Shown in pieces: positions 55,644-64,000 of a DNA stretch of 64,000 bases (its first letter is position 1; each line of letters opens with the position of its first letter). A program made the position numbers and the translations under genes. The stretch comes from the human T2T-CHM13v2.0 reference genome, Homo sapiens. Where the stretch lies: the NCBI RefSeq assembly GCF_009914755.1, contig NC_060926.1; one strand, 5' to 3'. Under the pieces are notes generated by a model, which saw only the letters and a list, made by a program, of their open reading frames with translations, did not search any database and was not told the DNA's origin.

Positions 55644-57469
55644 ATAAATCTATATAAAAGCACTTTTTTTTAAAATTTGGCTTTCCTTAGCACATCATAT
55701 TTCTAGCTTGTTTTGACAACAACATTAGCCAAGTTGGTAAAACTGTGTACAACCTCATCCGTTTATTACTTTAAAATACACGTACAGTTCTCACAAGTGC
55801 TGACTTCCAAATCTAAACCCAAATCTCAAAAAGCTATCTGACAGTGGTTTACTGGTAGAAGAATATAATGTAAAGGGCAAATATATTTCTCTATGTCTTT
55901 AAACAGATGACAATTTTATCTCCCCTCCCAACTTTCAGCCTTGGTGTAACTTGTTCAGCCTTCCTCTTGTTATTAATCATCACTTTATAACATCACTGTT
56001 GAGAGCTCAGGCACCCTTTTCTACACCAGGTCTACCTAGATGGTTATATGACCTAAGTCCCCAGTCCACATGCTCAACATGAAGACCTAATCAGAAGACT
56101 GGAGGCTGATGAGCCACAACCCTTCCCACCTCCCCACTGCTTACCCATGTATTCCCAATAGGGAAGCAGCCTGATATGATGTTTCCATCATATCAGAGCA
56201 CAGGATTTATTGCCTAATGCCATTGTCACCCCTTGCTCAAGTGTGTGACCTGAACCTCAGTTTTCTCACCTACATCTCCTTTGCTGTTTGGCTGTAAGGA
56301 CTAAAAGAATGGACGGAAATTACTGGGCCTATTAAGGCATTCGATGACTGATGGCTCTTCCATGGTCCAATGGATAATCTCATGCCTCCTACTCAAGAAG
56401 TGTCTCCAAAGGTTTCTATGAATTCTCAAGCCTCCAGGAAACTGATTAATGGTTAATTGAGCAACTTGTTCAGTGCCATGTGATAAATTAATGACCAAGT
56501 AGAAATCAACCCACTCAACCCCAGAACATCAATCAAATGTTTCCCTATGTTTCTAGTCTTACTGGCATCTGAGTCACATCCAAATCCCAGGTGAGCTCTC
56601 TTTGCCAACAAAATGTGTTTGTAGATCTTTGATTCCAATCTACTACATGAATCAGCAAAGGGAGCTGAGAATATAAAGTGTCTGGCAGGTGCCCTCATTC
56701 CTGAACAGACAATTTCTGTGATACAACATGCTGTGAGAAGAATGTAGGTGGCTCTGAATCTGTTGGTAATCCACTCTGTCCAAGGCAAGATTGTTAAATG
56801 TTATTTACAAAACACGTAGCTGTATATTCCTGGTTACTTTTGTATTTGCTGGGGCTCTTCGGGCTAATTTCAGTATCCCTGCTGTCTTTTCCCCCATCAT
56901 ATTATAATAATAATGCAAAAACATTTAACCTCAAGCATAAAATGGAGTTTTACAAAGGGGAAGAAAGAGAAATTGCTGTGTTTTATCTGTTTGAACATTC
57001 CTTGATTTCAACACATTTATCAAAGCTTAAGTAATTTATGTCTTGGCAGGGTGTATCAATTTCACAAAGCACACACATTAGCTAGATACAATGATATCAT
57101 ATTAGCTTTTTCTGCGTCTTACAGAAGAGCTCAAAAAGATTAATAAATGCAGAAGCCTTCATCAATTAAATGAAGCAGGTGGAAGGAAGGGAGTAGAAGA
57201 ATAAGACTGTATTTCATTTTGGTTCTTTTGTTTTTAGGGGGGAAAAGCTGACAGGTTCAAATCATTCATCATAACAAGCTAAAGTTGAATTTTACTGATA
57301 ATTAAATGCATTTTTTCCCAAGAGGCAGAGAAGCTGCAATGAATTTTATAGTAGCAGATGTGAGACCTGTCACAAATTATGGAAATAATTTATAAACTAA
57401 AAAGCATCTTCCTCTGCAAACATTATATCAGAAGAGACTTTTTAAACTGTATTCACTATATATTTTTTA

Positions 57470-58032
57470 ATAAACATTTTTATTTTGGAATAATTTTAGT
57501 TTACAGAAAAGCTGCATAATACAGAGTTCCCATAGACCCTGCACCCAGACACTGCACTCGGTATCCCCTACCGTTAACATCTAACACTATAGTATATTTG
57601 CCACAACTATTAAACCAATATTGATACATTATTACTAACTAAAGTCCATACTTTAATTGGATCTTCTTAGTTTTTCTTTAATGTCTTTTATTTGCTCCAG
57701 CATCCTGTGCAGGATCCCACATTAAATTTGGTCATCACCAATCCTTAGGTTACAAAGATTCTCAACTTGTCTTGGTTACAAGTTTCTCTGACTTTCCTTG
57801 TTTTGGATGAACTTAAATGTTTTCTGAAGTACCTGGCAGATATTTTGTAGAATACCCTTCAATTTTGCTTTATTCTATATTTTTCTCATGATTACGCTAG
57901 GGTTAGGGGTTTTGAGGAGGAAATACACAGAGGTAAAGTGCGGCTTTCATCACTCCCTCTCAAGGGTAAATGTTAAGCAACTTGTCACTGTGACGTGCCA
58001 CTGTAATGTTAATCTGGATCTGGCTGAGGTAG
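57470..58032 (-). mobile_element. L1MB/MC 3' end
   Basis: TTTTATTTTGGAATAATTTTAGTTTACAGAAAAGCTGCA...ACTAAAGTCCATACTT...CACAGAGGTAAAGTGC. Confidence 0.8.
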
Positions 58033-59057
58033 AGCAAATGTATCTTTTTAAGGTTTTGCTTTCAGAATTCTCATAAGGGTTGCAGACTGTTGTTATTATA
58101 ACCTTAGTTGAAATTACCTTTAATTCCGTGGCACTTGGTTTAGGATTTTTTTTTTTAAGTCAGGAACTCCAAAATTTCAATTTATAACTCTTTACAGTAT
58201 CACTGAATTATCTAAAATAACCTCAGAGTTGTTTAGGAATTTACAGACTATTTCTAAATTATCCTGGCAATTTTACATGTTGTTAATGTGTCTGTCATCA
58301 CCATTATTCATATTGCTATTTTATTTTTATTTAATATTAATTCCCTAAAAATTGTACCCACTTTGATAGTTGATAGCTCTATAAAAAAGAGCTTATTCTA
58401 TGAATATCTTATACAGAATTAGAATTACTTGCTGACTACATTAGAATCAAATATCCCTTCTCAGTTTAGGAGCCTGCCCATTTTACTTTATTCTACACAT
58501 CCAGTGAGAAAGGATCAGTCTTTAGGTGCGGCTTTCTTTGTAGGTCAACTTGTTTATCAAAGGGAAGGGAGCTAATGAAAGAAAACATCACTAAGGATGA
58601 TTCTATATGTAGTGCTCTGGGTGGTGCAGGGACACAAACGCTACTTGGTTTCCTCTGGGTTCTATGACAGTCAGATATTTTCCACGTTTATAGGATAACG
58701 CTTTCCTACAGGTTCATCATTGTGATAGCTCCGCTTCTTCTCCGGAGCTACATGTTGGGTTGAATCCTGAACCGCAAAGGGAAGAGATTTCTCCACACTC
58801 ACTGAATAACGAAAACTAAACAAAAAGCATTTAAAACTTTGAGCTTCTGGGGTTCAACTTCCATTTAATGTAAATCATGCCTTTATCAGAACAGTCCTAA
58901 TAGGTGGTACTTTTGTTACTTACAGATACACTAAGAGAAGAGATATTGCCACCACCCTTGCTGTCCTAGGCCAGTGTTTAGCAAGTCTAAATGACAAGTT
59001 TATTAGCACATATTGACTCTTCACCTACGTGGCAGCGGGGGAGTAGGAGAGGCCTGA

Positions 59058-59358
<301 letters not shown>

Positions 59359-62300
59359 GAGGCCTGAATATATGCCCTTTCTGACTCAGCAAGAAGAGAC
59401 TAGGTGACATTAACACACCCTATTTAAGAAAATGGAAAGCGTAAATCAGTTTAGAAATATTTCCACAAAAATACTATTTTATTTTTGCAGGATTAAGTTT
59501 ATTGCTTCACTGATTTTGCCTATACCTGCAATCACAGGAATATTATTGTATTCTAACATTGTACTGGCTAATCATTGGACTGAGAAGAAAAAGTGGAGTG
59601 TCCCAATCAAATCAGTGCATTGCAGAAAAAAATATGTCACTGCGTCCTCCAGTGGCTGAATTTACCCAATCAGAAAAATTGTCCCAAGAGCAAAGAAATG
59701 AATAAGAAAAGGAGGGGCAATGAAGTCAATCAGGACAAGCAGGGAAGAGCAAGAGACAGGAACAGAAGTGCTTTGATTTATTAGAAGGATTTGGCATCAG
59801 GAACATAAAAATGGTTAATGGGTGCTGTAACTTAACCATCCCAGCACACTGTGCAAGCCACATTCCCTCTCTGAGCTTGGTTTTCTTAATAGTAAAATGG
59901 TGAAAAGCACAAGATATGGTTGCACTTCAAAGAGATGAAGGAGGCTGCAAAGTGGAAAGTGAATTAGAGTGAGGCTTGTCTACAGGTAGGAATACTTGTA
60001 AGGAGGTGAATACTGCACCCCAGAGAAGTGAGGAGACCCTCAACCAGGTTCACAAATGTATGAGTTCATTTTTTTAAACACTTATTTGACACACACTTTT
60101 CAAACACATTTCAGGAGCCCACATTTGTGCTGTAGGCACTGAGAGTACACTGCTGAGCAGGACAGACACAGGTCCTGTCTTCAGACAATTTGCAGACAGC
60201 AAGGGGGTGAAGCAATTCACCTAGTCATAGTTCTCATAAGGTCCCATCTCTTGTTCTCTCTCTCTCTATATATATATACATCTCGGTATATCAGAAGGTG
60301 GAAATGCTAATCCTAATTAAGGGAACAGGGTAAGCAACAGGGCAGGGAGTGAACAGAACTAAACAATTAATATCTTTATTTGGATGAGTGAAATGAAATC
60401 CAGGACTTACTGGCTGATAGTTGATAAACAATGAATTTGTGACAAGAAAACCAATTGATCTTGGAATTTATACTCCTTTGTATCTGGTTCCAAATTGTAT
60501 ATTGATTTGTTTATAATTACTAATGAGAGTGTGATAACATTGTTAAGACAACAGTTATATTTTTTTCCCAGTGAAAGGCTAACTTGGTGACTATTTTCAT
60601 GACCATAAACAGGCTCCGATGTTCAGTCTTTGCTGAATTCCTGACTTGCAGCTACCAGCTACAGTGCTTGGAAGTGATGACCTCAGCAGGCCTGGCCTTT
60701 CACCTTTCTACCTCCAAAGAGCTTTTGAAGGTGCATAAGATGCAGTCTTGGGTTCTGAGACAGTTAACCCTTTGTCATGATTATGCTATAGCCCTCTTCT
60801 ATATAATCAATATAATATGTATTAGTGCTACTTGATAATTAGGTAACTATGGATTAAAAAGAATACTCTGAAACAATATAGAGTTGTCTTTATGTTTATA
60901 GGTGTGTTAAAAATATGCTAACAGAAAATAAATGTAGGTAACACCCATAGTTTTCACAGGGATTACTGATTGTTCTAAATGGAAGGCAAAGCAAAACAAC
61001 CTAATTTCCCCCCATAATCATAAAATTGAAGAGGCATCTATACTTTAAGAGAATGTTTTCAGATTTCTGTGTTTATACTCAATATAAAGTGTTATGTCTT
61101 TACTGGTTTAATATGAAGCACTTGCTATAACATATATAATACACAATGCATAGATTGCATAGATCACCTACCACTAAGAAGGAATGTTGTAACTATTTTA
61201 TAGTACACCAAAAATATGTAGTCCTCTACTTATCAAAGAAGAAAATTTTGACTTTCCAGGACTAAGCTGAATGAGCTGAATACTCCAAATGTGTGGATTT
61301 GCAGCAAGCCGGGAGAGAAAGTTGGCTTTTCCTTGATAACAGGACTGGCATATTCTACTAGAGAAAATTTCATACAGATCAGTACAAATATTTTTTTAAA
61401 GGCAGCTGGCTTTTCGGTCTTGGATACCCTATAAGTATTTATTATTGTTGTTTCAGAATGATGACCATTGCTAAGTGCAAGTTTGGAAGAATAAGTGGTT
61501 TTCTGAATGGACTTGTTCATGGTGTTGTTAACGATGGGATCTATATTGGTGGTCATTAATGATTTCACTGGGGTTATTAATTTAAGCCAAGAACCCCAAA
61601 GTGACCGCTATTATACAATCTAGAGGTGGCTTACAGATCCCTTTACAGTTGAAGAATTATAGAACCAATAATAAAAGGTGGTTCAAAGCCTCATTTGAGT
61701 TGCTTACATATAGCTTACATAGTTAGATTGCTTTGACAGTACTGTCCTATATCCTGCAGCTAAAACTAAAATGACAAGTTGCTCAGCAGAAAGAACAACA
61801 GAAAAAAACCCAAAACCCTGTCATGATCAATTTTATCGGCATCCCATTTGAATATAACAAACAAAATATATAATTAATGATCAAATTCAGCATACCATTA
61901 AATTTATTGCTTGTAAACAAATCTTGGAAAGCATTTCTCTGGGTAGAAATTTTGCAGAATGTCATCCCTGCTGACAAAACAGGAACATGCATCTGCCGGA
62001 CAGCATACAATGCTGTATTGATGATTAGTAGTATGGCTTGCCCTAGAGTCATATTTCTGGTGCTCCATTACAGAACTGTCACAGTAGATTAAAAGAAGAA
62101 TGACAAAAAAAGAATGAAAAATGATAGAATCAAACATATATCAATGTACTAATTGTACCTATTAATATTTTGTGGCATAATGTGGCATTGTTCCAAAATT
62201 CATTTTGTAAGTTGAAAAACAAATGATTGCTTAGGAGAAGAAAGCTAAACAGTGGACATCCTTTCTGCTGAGAGTGGCAAATTCATTTTACCTTCCAGAT

Positions 62301-63279
62301 ATCTTTTAATAGCTACCCTTTACGTTATTCTAAATTGATACAGGAACTAACAGGAAACATAAATGTGAAGACAGAAATCTTAGCAGTAAGAGCCAAAAAA
62401 CCTAGATTGCAATGCTTGGCAGTAGTTTTATTGCTAAGGTTAAATATGGCAATTCTTATTTTATCTTGATGACAGTAATCTGAAAAATCAGTGACACCAA
62501 CCTCTGCAAAAAATTCAGTACACACACACATGCATGCACGCATGCCTACACACTCTAGACACACAGAAATATCATGTATGCATGCACATACCATAGTTCT
62601 CTGTAAATATTTAGGAGGATAGTGTCAAAGAAAACTTAGATTTTATTTTGTATTAGAAAGCTGAATTAACAGAGCTCTTTAACAAATTATGAACGGGCTG
62701 GAAACAAATGTTAAAGATGCTTTGTTGGAAGGGGCTGCTAAATATGATATGGCTGTGTGTCCTGAGTTAAAAATGGTCAGATCACAGTCTCAATACAAGT
62801 TTTGCGAAGTCAAACAAGGTATTCTTTTGATAATCTAGTAGACTGAAATACTGCTTTTGTTGCTAAGGAGTAAGTGACTCAGCATGGCAAGTGGCACTGT
62901 CTACTTTCATCATTCAAGTTTTCAATGAGAGACATGAGCTTCACATGATGGGAACACATATATACTTCTGAAATATAATGGCCTGGGAGAGACAACATGA
63001 ATCTATGTCTTGACCGCTAAAAGTTGGCATTTAAAAAGGAAAGTTGCAATGGAGGGAAGAACAGTCAAGTGAGGAATAGTAATGCCAGATTATTCTATTT
63101 CCATGCCATTTTCGGCAGAGTTTCAGTGAGGGATGAGGAGACGTATACAGGGGAGGAAGAAGACACACGCGGTGTGGGTTTGGAAAAGTGACTTTGTGTA
63201 TGCTTTGTATTTTACTATCAAATCCATTTAATATTTCGGTCTTCAGGTACCATTAATTTGGCAATTAGCACATACTCAC

Positions 63280-63402
63280 TGTGATGGTGAGTTTTATGTG
63301 TCCATTTGGCTAGGCTACAGTATCCAGTTAACCAAACACTAATTTAGGTGTTACCATGAAGGGATTTTGTAGATATGATTTGTATCTACAATCAGTCCAC
63401 TT
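63280..63402 (+). mobile_element. MLT2 5' fragment
   Basis: TGTGATGGTGAGTTTTATGTGTCCATTTGGCTAGGCTACAGT...CTACAATCAG. Confidence 0.7.
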
Positions 63403-63744
63403 TTTGCTGTTGTTGTGTTTGTTCATGATGTTAGCATTAATTTATTGGTTACATTCTTTCACCAAACATGACATTTGTTAATTTAAAATAAATTTTCCAA
63501 CTTTCTTAGATACATAGTACAGTATTTCACTTAAATGTAAATATTCACAGTGTATTGGGGATTTTTACAAGATCCTACATAAATATGCTACTTCATTATG
63601 ATCCAATATAAATATGTTTTTAAGTTCAGTGACAGTTTACAAACTATAAAATATCTATCAACTGAAAATATAAATGCCTATTACTTGTGCATTTGAAACT
63701 GATAATTGTGTTAAAAGTATTTTTGCAATAATCATTCCTGACAT

Positions 63745-63920
63745 TTCTAATGAGAATTACAGAGCCTTCACAAATAACCTCATTTGATTCTTACATCTAC
63801 TTTATGAGGTATGTAGGGCAGGAAATAGCCTTAGAGAGGTTAAGTGGCTTGTCCAAGGTCCAAGTATTGAGAGGCAGCAATAAACCTAGGAATCTGGTCT
63901 TTGTATAAGGCCATTGTACT
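63745..63920 (-). mobile_element. MIR
   Basis: CCTCATTTGATTCTTAC...AGAGAGGTTAAGTGGCTTGTCCAAGGTC. Confidence 0.7.
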
Positions 63921-64000
63921 TTCTATAGTAATACTCTAATGAGACTCAACACCAAAAACAAACAAAACAAAACAAAAAGTCAAATAACAAAAAAACCTGA

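Noticed and set aside
58726-58750. 8-bp hairpin TAGCTCCG/CGGAGCTA (and a 9-bp one near 5840)
   Set aside because: Stems this short are expected by chance in 64 kb.

Overview
Primate genomic DNA, almost certainly human chr2q22 (the translated exon matches human NXPH2 as I recall it). The only protein-coding sequence is the terminal exon of NXPH2 (neurexophilin-2) on the minus strand. Its CDS is 50585-51328, with a clean branch point and acceptor, a ~1.75 kb 3'UTR and a poly(A) signal at 48847-48852. Positions 51329-64000 are NXPH2 intron, and exon 1 lies outside the window. Positions 1-48800 are repeat-rich downstream DNA: Alu, old L1, L2, MIR, MaLR/ERVL/ERV1 solo LTRs with identifiable TSDs, Tigger/Charlie MITEs and microsatellites. 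I found no evidence for a new self-contained biological system. The best leads are cis-regulatory or evolutionary: an LTR10 with an AP-1 tandem array, a perfect 34-bp duplication doubling a PBX/MEIS-like site, an overlapping CPE/Pumilio/AAUAAA module, octamer-bearing and MER57 LTRs, a candidate retrocopied 3'UTR in the intron, and several nested or mosaic retroelements. Repeat subfamily names were recognised by eye and need RepeatMasker confirmation.
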